The notes beneath the pieces were generated by a model that did no database searches, was not told where the DNA came from, and was given only the letters and a program-made list of their open reading frames with translations. DNA of 64,000 nucleotides from Rickettsia typhi (GTDB lineage Bacteria; Pseudomonadota; Alphaproteobacteria; Rickettsiales; Deianiraeaceae). Made by a program: the position numbers and the translations under genes. Positions 46,244 to 55,066 of this stretch are shown here, piece by piece. Within the stretch, counting starts at the first letter, position 1, and every line of letters begins with the position of its first letter. The stretch lies in contig CAMAVJ010000004.1 in the NCBI GenBank assembly GCA_945861725.1, positions 30,721 through 94,720 of the forward strand. Reading direction: 5' to 3'.

Positions 46244-47044
46244 TCACTTGGACAATTTCTCAGAAAAGCCCTTCAATATTGGAACTTCAATTTTAAGGGC
46301 GTGAATGAATTGAAGAGAGCGTATTCCTTCAATTGTGCCAGATTTTTCTATTAAACCATTTGCGAAATTGACACCAAATTTAAAATTTCGTGAACTGACT
46401 GTGGAACATGTAAGGTAAATATCTCCAATTCCACAGGAAAGTTCCAAAACTGGGACACCACTAGATGCTCTACATCCAAAATGTTCCAAGATTTTTGCAA
46501 GTTCCTGAAAACATTTTGTTAAAATTAGGGATTTCTCGTTCCAAAAATTTGTTTTAACAGATTCGTAGCCCATAATTATCGCAATCGCATTTTTAACAAT
46601 CCCACAGATTTCAACTCCAACAACTTCATTCGTTCTTTCAATTTCCAAATGATCATTTTGCAAAATTGTTGTAATGATTTCAAGATTTTTGATATTTCTT
46701 GAAGCTACCGTCGTAATTGTTTGTGCATTTATGAGGATTTCATTTGCGAAGTTTGGTCCCGCAAGAACACAAAATTGGCTTTCATTAAAAAGCTTTGAAA
46801 TAAAAAAATCTTCAGAACCTGAAAGACCTTTCGAACAAGAAACTATCACTGAAATTCCTTGTAAAAGATCCAAATATTCACTAATTATTCCACTTGGAAT
46901 GCAAAGAAATGCGATATCACATTGTCCTATTTGTGTAATATTATTATGTTTTCTGGAAAAAACTTCAAAATTATGTCTATTTTTTAAAAGAATATGTGAA
47001 ATTGCATTACTCATTGCACCATCTCCCAAAATGCCAATTTTCAT
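46244..47044 (-). CDS. gpsA: NAD(P)H-dependent glycerol-3-phosphate dehydrogenase
   Basis: The start is set at internal MKIGILGDGAMSNA (Rossmann N-terminus). It also has AGPNFANEI and GVEICGIVKN. Confidence 0.8.
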   Translation of the reverse strand: MKIGILGDGAMSNAISHILLKNRHNFEVFSRKHNNITQIGQCDIAFLCIPSGIISEYLDLLQGISVIVSCSKGLSGSEDFFISKLFNESQFCVLAGPNFANEILINAQTITTVASRNIKNLEIITTILQNDHLEIERTNEVVGVEICGIVKNAIAIIMGYESVKTNFWNEKSLILTKCFQELAKILEHFGCRASSGVPVLELSCGIGDIYLTCSTVSSRNFKFGVNFANGLIEKSGTIEGIRSLQFIHALKIEVPILKGFSEKLSK

Positions 47045-47091
47045 TTTTGTTTTTATACCAATACCCAGTCCTAAATTAACCATCGTAAGTT

Positions 47092-48612
47092 TCACTTTGT
47101 TGCGTAAGAATTAACGGCTTCGATGTAAGCCATTGCGGAAGCCTTTAAGACATCAACATCGGACGCAATTCCCGTATAATGTTTGCCATGATTTTGGAGG
47201 AGAACCGTAGCTGAACCAAGAGCATCGGTTCCACCAGTAACGGCGTGAACTTGATACAATTCAAGATTGAAATCCATTTTCGTGATTTCTCTTATTGCGA
47301 TGAAAATTGCATCAACGGTACCATTTCCTTGTGCTGTATGCGTTGTCATTTTCCCATTATACTCAATTACAACCGTTGCGTTAGTGGATCCTTCATTGGA
47401 GTATTTTAGATCGACCAATTTGAATCCATTAACGCCCTGAATTTGCCCCTTCATTATATATACAATATCAGCTTCTGTGATATTTTTTTTCTTTTCGGCA
47501 AAATTTTTAAAACGCTCAAAAATTTCCTGAAGGTGTTCCTCGTTTTTAACTTCAAATCCAAGTTTTTCAACGGCATTTTTTAAAGCATTGCGTCCGGAAT
47601 GTTTCCCTAGTATTATTTTTGTTTCTTCAATTCCGACGGTCGAAGGTTCGATGATTTCATAAGTTCCTCGGTTTTTGAGCATTCCATCCTGATGAATTCC
47701 CGATTCGTGAGCAAAGGCATTGGAGCCAACAATCGCTTTGTTATTCTGAACGATAAATCCTGTAATGTTTGAAACTAAATCCGAAAGTGGTTTAATTAGT
47801 TTCGTATTAATATGTGAGATGTCAATATTGTGGAATATGTCCGATCGGGTTTTTATCGCCATAATAACTTCTTCAAACGCAGTATTACCGGCACGTTCTC
47901 CAATTCCGTTGATGGTCAACTCAACTTGTCTTGCACCTGCTTCTACACCAGCAAGGGTGTTTGCCGTTGCAAGCCCCAAATCGTTTTGACAGTGCATTGA
48001 AATTATTGCTTTTTCAATTCCATTTGCGTTTTTTTTAATATATTCTACCATTTTTTGAATATGCTTTGGTGTTGCAAAGCCAACGGTATCAGGCAGGTTA
48101 ATCGTTGTTGCCCCTGCTTTAATTGCCACTTCAACGCATTTTGTAAGGAATTCAAGCTCCGTTCGAGTTGCATCTTCAGCAGAAAATTCAATATCTGCAC
48201 ATAAATTTCGTGCAAATTTGACGGATTGCTCAATCATCTCAAGAATTTGTTCTTTAGATTTCTTTAGTTTAAATTCCCTGTGAATTGGGCTCGTTGCAAG
48301 GAAAACATGAATTCTTCCGCCATGCTTGCAATTTTTAACTGCCTCCGCTGATGCAAGAATATCTGATTCAACTGCCCTTGAAAGTGAGCAAACTTTTGCA
48401 TTTTGCATCGATTGTGCAATGAGTGAGATTGCCTCAAAGTCGATTTTACTTGAAGCGGCAAACCCTGCTTCAATAACATCAACGCCTGCTCTGTCGAGCA
48501 TTCTTGCAATTGCAAGTTTTTCCTCTGGATGCATTGAAGCCCCAGGACATTGTTCGCCGTCACGAAGTGTTGTATCAAAAATAATCAATTTTTCAGGAAT
48601 TTTTTCAGGCAT
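47092..48612 (-). CDS. leuA: 2-isopropylmalate synthase
   Basis: It has [33 protein letters not shown] and the C-terminal LeuA dimerisation domain. The start is set at Met13 (MPEKIPEK..). No leuBCD genes are adjacent. Confidence 0.9.
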   Translation of the reverse strand: MPEKIPEKLIIFDTTLRDGEQCPGASMHPEEKLAIARMLDRAGVDVIEAGFAASSKIDFEAISLIAQSMQNAKVCSLSRAVESDILASAEAVKNCKHGGRIHVFLATSPIHREFKLKKSKEQILEMIEQSVKFARNLCADIEFSAEDATRTELEFLTKCVEVAIKAGATTINLPDTVGFATPKHIQKMVEYIKKNANGIEKAIISMHCQNDLGLATANTLAGVEAGARQVELTINGIGERAGNTAFEEVIMAIKTRSDIFHNIDISHINTKLIKPLSDLVSNITGFIVQNNKAIVGSNAFAHESGIHQDGMLKNRGTYEIIEPSTVGIEETKIILGKHSGRNALKNAVEKLGFEVKNEEHLQEIFERFKNFAEKKKNITEADIVYIMKGQIQGVNGFKLVDLKYSNEGSTNATVVIEYNGKMTTHTAQGNGTVDAIFIAIREITKMDFNLELYQVHAVTGGTDALGSATVLLQNHGKHYTGIASDVDVLKASAMAYIEAVNSYATK

Positions 48613-48672
48613 AATGCTTAAAAATATTTTGATTATCAAATCCAACACTTCGTGCGAATGTCAAGAACTTAA

Positions 48673-49284
48673 TTAAAAGTCGTATTGCACGGCAACTTTT
48701 GCTGCAAAGAATTCAAAACCTGCACGTTCATCTTCGGTGAGTGCTCCTTGGTCACCACTATATGTACCACCCGTAACCTTGTAAGTTCCGCCAGTTTTTA
48801 GGTATTGTCTATAAGATAAGCTTCCAAGGACACTAACATGTTTGGAGACAGCATATTTAGCACCACCTTGAACTTCATACACAAATGAACTTGCGTAGTC
48901 GACTGCAGTATCTGGTATTTTTGATTTTTTAGAAAGAGTTGAACCAATACCAGCACCAAGAAATGGAGTGAATTTTGTTGAATTGCTGAAGTTATAAAAA
49001 CCATTTAATAAAATAGCAGTACTCTCAAAAGTTTGACTCCTGTCATGCGAGTTTTCCCCTGTTACGGTATCGATAGTAATTGATGTTGAGATTTTGTTAA
49101 AATTATAACCAACACCTGCACCATAAATTGCCGCAGAATCAGCGGGGCTTCCGCTTGCACCTATAGCTTTTGCCATGTGGGTAACTCCGCCGAAAGCTTG
49201 AACGAATGCACCATCCTTTGCAAAAGCAGAAGATGAAGAAATTATAATTGTGCTAACTGCTAGCATAGTGAGAGATTTTTTCAT
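48673..49284 (-). CDS. Small outer-membrane beta-barrel protein (OmpA-like/OMP_b-brl type)
   Basis: 203 aa with signal peptide ..SSSAFA/KDG. It has alternating hydrophobic beta-strand patterns and ends in the C-terminal VAVQYDF. Confidence 0.7.
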   Translation of the reverse strand: MKKSLTMLAVSTIIISSSSAFAKDGAFVQAFGGVTHMAKAIGASGSPADSAAIYGAGVGYNFNKISTSITIDTVTGENSHDRSQTFESTAILLNGFYNFSNSTKFTPFLGAGIGSTLSKKSKIPDTAVDYASSFVYEVQGGAKYAVSKHVSVLGSLSYRQYLKTGGTYKVTGGTYSGDQGALTEDERAGFEFFAAKVAVQYDF

Positions 49285-49308
49285 TTGTAGAAAAAAATTA
49301 ATTTAGAC

Positions 49309-49336
49309 ATTTAAAATTGAAATTTTTACTTGTCAA
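49309..49336 (-). promoter_or_regulatory. Promoter candidate for the small OMP gene
   Basis: Minus-strand TTGACA-N16-TTAAAT, 25 nt before the ATG. A divergent TTGACA at 49370-49375 faces the carbonic anhydrase gene. Confidence 0.4.
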
Positions 49337-49408
49337 GACAAAATTCGAACAGGGACTTGATAAATGTTCTTGACAAATCAAAAATATCTCCTCTTCGTGA
49401 AGAAATTA

Positions 49409-50044
49409 ATGAAATCTATGCTAACTCCTTCGATTGTTACAAAGAAGTTTCAAGAAAGCCTTACGCCATTTGAAGTTTTGGAAATTCTCCGAGATGGCAA
49501 TCAAAGGTTTGTGAATAATGAGACATTCGAAAGGGATTTTGATGAGCAAAGGAAAAATTTACGCTCCGCTCAATATCCAATTGCAATAATCCTTGGCTGT
49601 ATTGATTCCAGAGCCCCGAGCGAGCTCATTTTTGACCTTGGTCTTGGTGATATTTTTAGCGTGCGTATTGCGGGTAATATTTTAAATAATGATGTTCTTG
49701 GCTCACTTGAATTTGCTTGTAAAATTGTTGGTGCAAAGCTCATTGTTGTGATGGGACACACCGACTGTGGAGCAATTAAGGCCGCGTGTAATGGCGTAAG
49801 AATGGCACATCTTACATCTATTATGGAAAAAATTGAACCAGTAATACATTCAATTCAAAGAAGGGATGATGAATCCGACGAAGAGTTTGTGGGAAAAGTT
49901 ACACACATTAATACAATTCGTGTGAAAAATGAAATTCTAAAAAGAAGTAATATCCTGCGTGAAATGCAAGAAAATGATGCGATTGGCATTGTGAACGCCG
50001 TTTATTGTGTTGAAACTGGTATTGTGACATTTGATTCCATTTAA
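49409..50044 (+). CDS. Beta-class carbonic anhydrase
   Basis: It has the LGCIDSRAPSELIFD and GHTDCGAIKA zinc-ligand motifs. The start is set at MKSML because a TTGACA box lies inside the longer ORF. Confidence 0.85.
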   Translation: MKSMLTPSIVTKKFQESLTPFEVLEILRDGNQRFVNNETFERDFDEQRKNLRSAQYPIAIILGCIDSRAPSELIFDLGLGDIFSVRIAGNILNNDVLGSLEFACKIVGAKLIVVMGHTDCGAIKAACNGVRMAHLTSIMEKIEPVIHSIQRRDDESDEEFVGKVTHINTIRVKNEILKRSNILREMQENDAIGIVNAVYCVETGIVTFDSI

Positions 50045-50075
50045 TATCAAATTCTTGGTGTTCGAAAAATAATTC

Positions 50076-50104
50076 TTGACATTTCAAACGTTTACCTTGA
50101 AAAG
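50076..50104 (+). promoter_or_regulatory. Promoter candidate for tRNA-Asp
   Basis: TTGACA-N17-GAAAAG, ending 18 nt before the mature tRNA 5' end. Confidence 0.4.
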
Positions 50105-50121
50105 GAGCAAACCCGCGTTGC

Positions 50122-50198
50122 GGGGGTGTAGCTCAGCTGGTTAGAGCGTCTGCCTGTCACGCAGAAGGCCGAGGGTTCAAGTCCCTTCACTCCCGCCA
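50122..50198 (+). tRNA. tRNA-Asp (anticodon GTC), CCA encoded
   Basis: It folds as GGGGGTG-TA-GCTC..GAGC-G-TCTGC-CTGTCAC-GCAGA-AGGCC-GAGGG-TTCAAGT-CCCTT-CACTCCC-G-CCA. Confidence 0.9.
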
Positions 50199-50231
50199 TT
50201 TTTCCCTTCTGTTCATATTTCAAAAAACATC

Positions 50232-50260
50232 TTGCTTTATCCTCAAAAATGTTGTATTAA
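50232..50260 (+). promoter_or_regulatory. Promoter-like motif at the 5' end of the 241-aa orphan ORF
   Basis: TTGCTT-N17-TATTAA. If it is functional, the annotated TTG start is not used. Confidence 0.35.
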
Positions 50261-50957
50261 TTATGTATCTTTTTCTACACAACTTGCAGAGGACGTTGAT
50301 GAGTGCGGTGTGAAAAAAATAAGATCAAAATGGGAGCAGATTTCGGATAAGAATGCTGATATTATGCTAATACGCATCGACAAAAGCTTACACAAGGATG
50401 AAATTACTGCTGGAACATACGAAGGTGGCACTATGCAGCAAGACATAACGATAGCACACACTAAGGTGGTGAACGGTGAAGTTGCTGTAGATTATAAAAC
50501 AGACGAAAGATCGATAACTGTACCAAATGGAAATGGCACATTCACTGCCAACGATGGCAATAAATTTTTTACGCATTTTGCTAACGGTTACAGTAAATGG
50601 AGTGCAAAGGCACCAGAGGGTGTACCGGCATATGTTTGTTATTTGTTCTCCTGCAAGACTTTTCTTACAAAGAATCGTGGGAATATAATGGAAAAATGTT
50701 ATTATGAAATCAGAGAAGTAAAGGAGATGGAAATAAAAAAACGAGAACTTCTGGCAAAAGAACGACGTATGCCAATAGTCGAACCAATGAGTGATGGTAT
50801 TAGGTTGCGCGACATTGGGCTTATGGATTCTGGTAGTATGAATATAAGTAATCTAAGTGTCGATGCTAAACAACAAGCAGGGCAACATAATTATTGTAGT
50901 CCACGTAGTAATTCAAGGGGTCAAATCGAAGGAATAGGAATAGGAATAGAATTATAA
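50232..50957 (+). CDS. Orphan protein, GC-enriched, unknown function (start uncertain)
   Basis: The ORF opens with TTG 34 nt after tRNA-Asp, but that TTG is part of a TTGCTT-N17-TATTAA promoter-like motif. The real start is more likely GTG at 50310 or ATG at 50364. I recognise no family. The C-terminus ends GIGIGIEL. GC is 25/60 in line 50281-50340. Confidence 0.45.
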   Translation: MLYPQKCCINYVSFSTQLAEDVDECGVKKIRSKWEQISDKNADIMLIRIDKSLHKDEITAGTYEGGTMQQDITIAHTKVVNGEVAVDYKTDERSITVPNGNGTFTANDGNKFFTHFANGYSKWSAKAPEGVPAYVCYLFSCKTFLTKNRGNIMEKCYYEIREVKEMEIKKRELLAKERRMPIVEPMSDGIRLRDIGLMDSGSMNISNLSVDAKQQAGQHNYCSPRSNSRGQIEGIGIGIEL

Positions 50958-51027
50958 AAATAAAAAAACTTGATTTTCTATATTTAAGCCAAGACTTCCC
51001 AAAAAGCACACAGTTAAAAGCACTATT

Positions 51028-51360
51028 ATGTTTAAATCTGGATATATTATTTTCTCCATAGCATTTTCCTCTGGGCTTTTTGGGATATTTTACTGGAAAG
51101 ATTATTTTCGAAAAATCATTTCCTTTGCAATTTTTTCCTCTTCGTCAATTTTGCTTTTCATCACAATTGCTTACAAACACAATTCAATTGCATCGTTTCA
51201 CAGTCCAATGCTTCCCGAAGGCGTCATATTCACAGACCCAATCCCTTCTGTACTAATGCTGACGGCGATCGTCGTTGGCGTTTCCATTCAAGCCATCGCC
51301 CTTGCCCTGTATTTATCATTTTCACGCAATACGAAAAATGTTGTTGAAATATTGGAGTAG
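51028..51360 (+). CDS. MrpC/MnhC (NuoK-like) cation:proton antiporter subunit homologue, solitary
   Basis: 110 aa with 3 TM segments. TDPIPSVLMLTAIVVGVSIQAIALALYL matches the MnhC motif VDPIPQALILTAIVI. Confidence 0.6.
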   Translation: MFKSGYIIFSIAFSSGLFGIFYWKDYFRKIISFAIFSSSSILLFITIAYKHNSIASFHSPMLPEGVIFTDPIPSVLMLTAIVVGVSIQAIALALYLSFSRNTKNVVEILE

Positions 51361-51447
51361 AATCAACGCTAATGTTTCTAGTTAATGTTTCCATTTGACA
51401 AGATATAAAATGGTGTAGTTACTATTATTTAAGTATTTTTATGCATT

Positions 51448-52302
51448 ATGTCACAAAAAAGCTCACAAACAACATGCAATGTCCACTTAGTTTCGGATTC
51501 CACTGGCGATACTCTCCTCACACTGACATCGTCAATTATTGCACAATTTCCAAGCGTTGATTTTAAAAAGTTTGCTTGGTTTTTAACAAGAACTGAAAAT
51601 GAAATGAAAGTTATCATTGAAGGGATACGAAAAAACTTGGGAATTGTTATGTACACGATGGTTTCTCCAAAGTTTGAAGAAATGCTTCAGGAAATCTGTT
51701 CGGACTTAAACATTCCATGCGTTCCGGTTCTATCAAAATTTACACGCACATTTCAGAGATATCTTGGGCACGAAAGTCTTGATGTTGTTTCGGAAATATC
51801 AAACGACATTCCAGCTGGCTATGCCAACAGAATTGAGGCAATTAATTACACCATTGCACACGATGATGGTGCGCTACTTGAAGATTTGGATGAGGCGGAT
51901 GTTATAATTGTTGGAGCATCAAGGACATCAAAAACACCAGTGAGTATTTATCTTTCGTGTCGTGGATATAAAGTTGTGAATATTCCATTCGTTACCACTG
52001 AAACATTTCCACAGTGTATATTTGCACTCAAAAAGCCATTGATTATTGGTTTAGTTGCGGATCCTGAACGCCTTGAGGTAATTCGAAAATCAAGAATATC
52101 GTCACTCAGTGGAGATACGGAAAAATCGCAATACACCGATATTGAAAAAATTCGAGAAGAGGTCGTGGAATCAAGAAAGCTTTTTACAAGGTTAAACTGT
52201 CCAGTCATTAATATTACGGAAAAATCAATTGAGGAAACTTCGGTATACATTATGAAACAATTAACGAAGAAAATTGCCTTGGATGGAGTTTCTGATGCGT
52301 AA
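51448..52302 (+). CDS. Pyruvate, phosphate dikinase / PEP synthase regulatory protein (PDRP, DUF299)
   Basis: 284 aa. It has VHLVSDSTGDTL and the P-loop-like IIVGASRTSKTP. Confidence 0.85.
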   Translation: MSQKSSQTTCNVHLVSDSTGDTLLTLTSSIIAQFPSVDFKKFAWFLTRTENEMKVIIEGIRKNLGIVMYTMVSPKFEEMLQEICSDLNIPCVPVLSKFTRTFQRYLGHESLDVVSEISNDIPAGYANRIEAINYTIAHDDGALLEDLDEADVIIVGASRTSKTPVSIYLSCRGYKVVNIPFVTTETFPQCIFALKKPLIIGLVADPERLEVIRKSRISSLSGDTEKSQYTDIEKIREEVVESRKLFTRLNCPVINITEKSIEETSVYIMKQLTKKIALDGVSDA

Positions 52303-52311
52303 TGTTTAAAA

Positions 52312-52369
52312 ATAAAAAAAATAGTTTGTTATCGTGTGCTATCACAGCATAACAAACTATTTTTTTTAT
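52312..52369. terminator. Bidirectional rho-independent terminator
   Basis: A8 run, a perfect 13-bp stem AATAGTTTGTTAT / ATAACAAACTATT (52320-52332 / 52349-52361), then a T8 run. It lies between the convergent PDRP gene and the small membrane ORF. Confidence 0.8.
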
Positions 52370-52373
52370 TTAA

Positions 52374-52598
52374 TTATAAATTTTTACCAATATCGTCCCA
52401 TGGTTTTTGTTTAAAAAATTTATAAACCGCTTCGTTTCGTTTAAAAAATGTGAAGTCACAATAACGTGATTGTATGAATTGCGTGCGTTTGTGGTAAATA
52501 ATATCCTTTCGCAAAAGTGCAAAACCGATTACACAAAGGCTTATGGTGGTTAATAAAATAATTGACATTATAAATAATATTGCAAATATTATATTCAT
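52374..52598 (-). CDS. Small membrane protein, unknown function
   Basis: 74 aa with one N-terminal TM segment and a basic/aromatic tail. It is bounded by a strong bidirectional terminator. Confidence 0.35.
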   Translation of the reverse strand: MNIIFAILFIMSIILLTTISLCVIGFALLRKDIIYHKRTQFIQSRYCDFTFFKRNEAVYKFFKQKPWDDIGKNL

Positions 52599-52614
52599 AG
52601 CTTTTTAAAAAGTA

Positions 52615-53190
52615 ATGGATGGTACATCCTCTTTAGAAAAAATCAAGAAATCATTACAGAATGATAACTTGTGTATTTTACCGACTGATACAATAATTGG
52701 CATTTTTTCCTCCACTAAGCATAGTGCTGTTGTGAAAATTTTTGAAGCGAAAAAGAGAGATTTAACCAAGCCATTTGCAATTTTTGTTCCAAATATTGAG
52801 GCGATTGGAAAATATGGTATTGAGACGGATGAATCACAAATTTTTGCAAAAAAATACTTTCCGGGGGAATACACAATTATTTTAAAGGCAACGGATTTTG
52901 CAAAGGAAAATCTTTCACCATTGTTGATTTCAAGTGATAGTAAGATTGGAATCAGAATACCGAAGCGAGACGAACTTCTTGAGCTCACCAAAGAATTTAT
53001 AATTTGTGGAACGAGTGTTAATATTTCAGGCAAAAGTTTTATAATTGATGAAAATATTCCAGATGAAATCAAGGATTTTATTGATTTATTTTTTGAGAGC
53101 ACAGATTCTCATTATTCAGACCAAGCAACTTTAAGACCTTCACGCATTCTTGATTTTTCAGGAATTATACCGGTGGTTGTTCGTCAATAA
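52615..53190 (+). CDS. tsaC: L-threonylcarbamoyladenylate synthase (YrdC/TsaC family)
   Basis: 191 aa. It has ILPTDTIIGI, KKRDLTKPFAIFV, FPGEYTIIL, IGIRIP and GTSVNISG. Confidence 0.8.
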   Translation: MDGTSSLEKIKKSLQNDNLCILPTDTIIGIFSSTKHSAVVKIFEAKKRDLTKPFAIFVPNIEAIGKYGIETDESQIFAKKYFPGEYTIILKATDFAKENLSPLLISSDSKIGIRIPKRDELLELTKEFIICGTSVNISGKSFIIDENIPDEIKDFIDLFFESTDSHYSDQATLRPSRILDFSGIIPVVVRQ

Positions 53191-54304
53191 ATTTTTGCAC
53201 TTCGTTAAAGAGTAACGCAGAAAGTTCTTTTTTAGAACAATCAAATGGGATTTCACCAGAGTGCGTGAATATTATTCCATGTGTTGAATCTTTTCCAAAA
53301 ACAAGGCTATTACCAACCATAATATCACAACCCTTTCTTGTCATTTTTTCTTTTGCATTGTCTTTTAAATTTGTGCTTTCGGCAGCAAAGCCAACAACGC
53401 ATTTTGGGCGAAATTCCGATTGGCATATAGTGTGAAGTATATCGGGGTTTGAAATAAGTTCAAGGTTGTTAATTTCCGCCTTCTTAAGTTTTCCTTGGAT
53501 TTTTTTGAATGTGAAATCTGCGACGGCGGCAACTGAGATAAATACATCATGCCTTTGGGCTATGTTTTGAACGCAAGCAAGCATGTCATTTGCCGATTCC
53601 ACACTGTGAGTTTCAATGTACGAAGGGAATTCGACATCGGTCTTTGCTTTGATTACCGTAATATTCCAGCCTTTTTGCCTGAAGTATTTAGCAATTTCAA
53701 GGGCTTGCTTTCCACTGGAAATGTTTGTTAAATAGCGTACATCATCCATTTTTTCAATAGTACCGCCAGCGGTGATTAAGACGCTTTTACCACCGTTTGG
53801 GAAAATGTATGATGCAATTTCTTCAACGGCTGCAAGTTTTCCAATACCTTCTTCACCGCACGCAAGCATGCCACATTGTGGAGAAACAATGCAAAATCCA
53901 TTTTTTTCTAGTTTATAAATATTTTCCTGAACAAAAACATTTTTCCACATTTCAAGATTCATTGCTGGAACAATTACCGTTCTGGTGTCCTGCTTGGCAA
54001 GGAAAATGTCCAAAAGAAGTGAGCCACCAATACCATTTGCAATGTTTCCAATCGTTGAAGCTGTGGCTGGACAAAGGACTATGATATCGCACCAACGCGT
54101 AAGTAAAATGTGCTCCATTGCACCAGTTTCGTGAATGTATACTTTGTTACCCGAAAGTGCTTCAAATAGTTCGCTGGAAATCATTTTACTTGCGTCATCG
54201 GAAAGAACGACTTTGACATCACACTTTGATTTTTTTAGTACGCGAATCAGTTCGCATGATTTGTAAATTGCAACAGAAGCACAAACGCAAAGTAAAACTT
54301 TCAT
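53165..54304 (-). CDS. coaBC: Bifunctional phosphopantothenoylcysteine decarboxylase / synthetase
   Basis: 379 aa. The flavoprotein N-terminus is KVLLCVCASVAIYK and PAMN. The C-terminal synthetase part has ISSGKQA and AAVADF. Confidence 0.88.
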   Translation of the reverse strand: MKVLLCVCASVAIYKSCELIRVLKKSKCDVKVVLSDDASKMISSELFEALSGNKVYIHETGAMEHILLTRWCDIIVLCPATASTIGNIANGIGGSLLLDIFLAKQDTRTVIVPAMNLEMWKNVFVQENIYKLEKNGFCIVSPQCGMLACGEEGIGKLAAVEEIASYIFPNGGKSVLITAGGTIEKMDDVRYLTNISSGKQALEIAKYFRQKGWNITVIKAKTDVEFPSYIETHSVESANDMLACVQNIAQRHDVFISVAAVADFTFKKIQGKLKKAEINNLELISNPDILHTICQSEFRPKCVVGFAAESTNLKDNAKEKMTRKGCDIMVGNSLVFGKDSTHGIIFTHSGEIPFDCSKKELSALLFNEVQKFIDEQPPV

Positions 54305-54350
54305 GAATTTTTGAAAAATTTATTCTAAAGCTATTTTAAACTATTATTTT

Positions 54351-54686
54351 TTACGCTTGAATATCGGGCTTTATATTAAATAGCGTATGGAGTTCGTTAG
54401 AGGCGTACATTTCACGAACTATATCACACCCTCCAACAAATTCACCTTTATAATAAAGCTGAGGCACTGTTGGCCAGTTTGTAAAATCTTTAATTCCTTG
54501 ACGAAGATTGGCGTCAGTAAGGATATTGACGTCGAGAAAATCAATTTTGAGTTTTTCTAAAATAGAAACAACCATAGCGGAAAAGCCACACTGTGGAAAT
54601 AATTTTGTACCTTTCATATACAAAACGACATCGTTATTAGAAATATCGCTTTGTATACGAGCTAGAACGGAAGGTTCTATATTCAT
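54351..54686 (-). CDS. grxD: Monothiol glutaredoxin (Grx4 family)
   Basis: 111 aa. It has [14 protein letters not shown] and [19 protein letters not shown]. Confidence 0.92.
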   Translation of the reverse strand: MNIEPSVLARIQSDISNNDVVLYMKGTKLFPQCGFSAMVVSILEKLKIDFLDVNILTDANLRQGIKDFTNWPTVPQLYYKGEFVGGCDIVREMYASNELHTLFNIKPDIQA

Positions 54687-54913
54687 TTGTTATCTTGAAT
54701 ATATTTCACCGCATCCGCTACAGTTTTAATGGATTCGGCTTTATCATCTGGAATATCGATTCCAAATTCTTCTTCGAATGCCATTACAAGCTCAACAACG
54801 TCAAGACTGTCGGCACCAAGGTCATCAACGAAAGAGTTTTCAGATTTGACTTCGTCTTGGACATTTAATTGTTTTGCAACAATGCTTTTTACTTTTTGTT
54901 CGATTTCGGACAT
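54683..54913 (-). CDS. acpP: Acyl carrier protein
   Basis: 76 aa with the [20 protein letters not shown] phosphopantetheine site. There is a 4-nt overlap with grxD. Confidence 0.95.
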   Translation of the reverse strand: MSEIEQKVKSIVAKQLNVQDEVKSENSFVDDLGADSLDVVELVMAFEEEFGIDIPDDKAESIKTVADAVKYIQDNK

Positions 54914-55066
54914 ATCACATAAATTATAGTTAATGCTAATGCAGACCCTTCAGATAAAAAAAATAAAATTCAAGGATTTTTTTAAAAAAACAAAAAAAAC
55001 TTGATTTTGTATATTATATGAAATCTTATATCATTATATGTACGCTTATTTGCCTTTACTTATTTT

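Noticed and set aside
46674-48676. ORFs of 146 aa (46674-47114) and 116 aa (48326-48676) antisense to gpsA and leuA.
   Set aside because: They are shadow ORFs inside strongly supported genes and have no motifs.
50199-51030. A tRNA-Asp-linked genomic island carrying the 241-aa orphan.
   Set aside because: There is no integrase, no recognisable direct repeat of the tRNA 3' end downstream, and only one gene. I report it only as a compositional oddity.
52605-53102. A 165-aa ORF antisense to tsaC.
   Set aside because: The plus-strand frame carries clear YrdC/TsaC motifs, and the antisense translation is low-complexity (S/I/L/F-rich).
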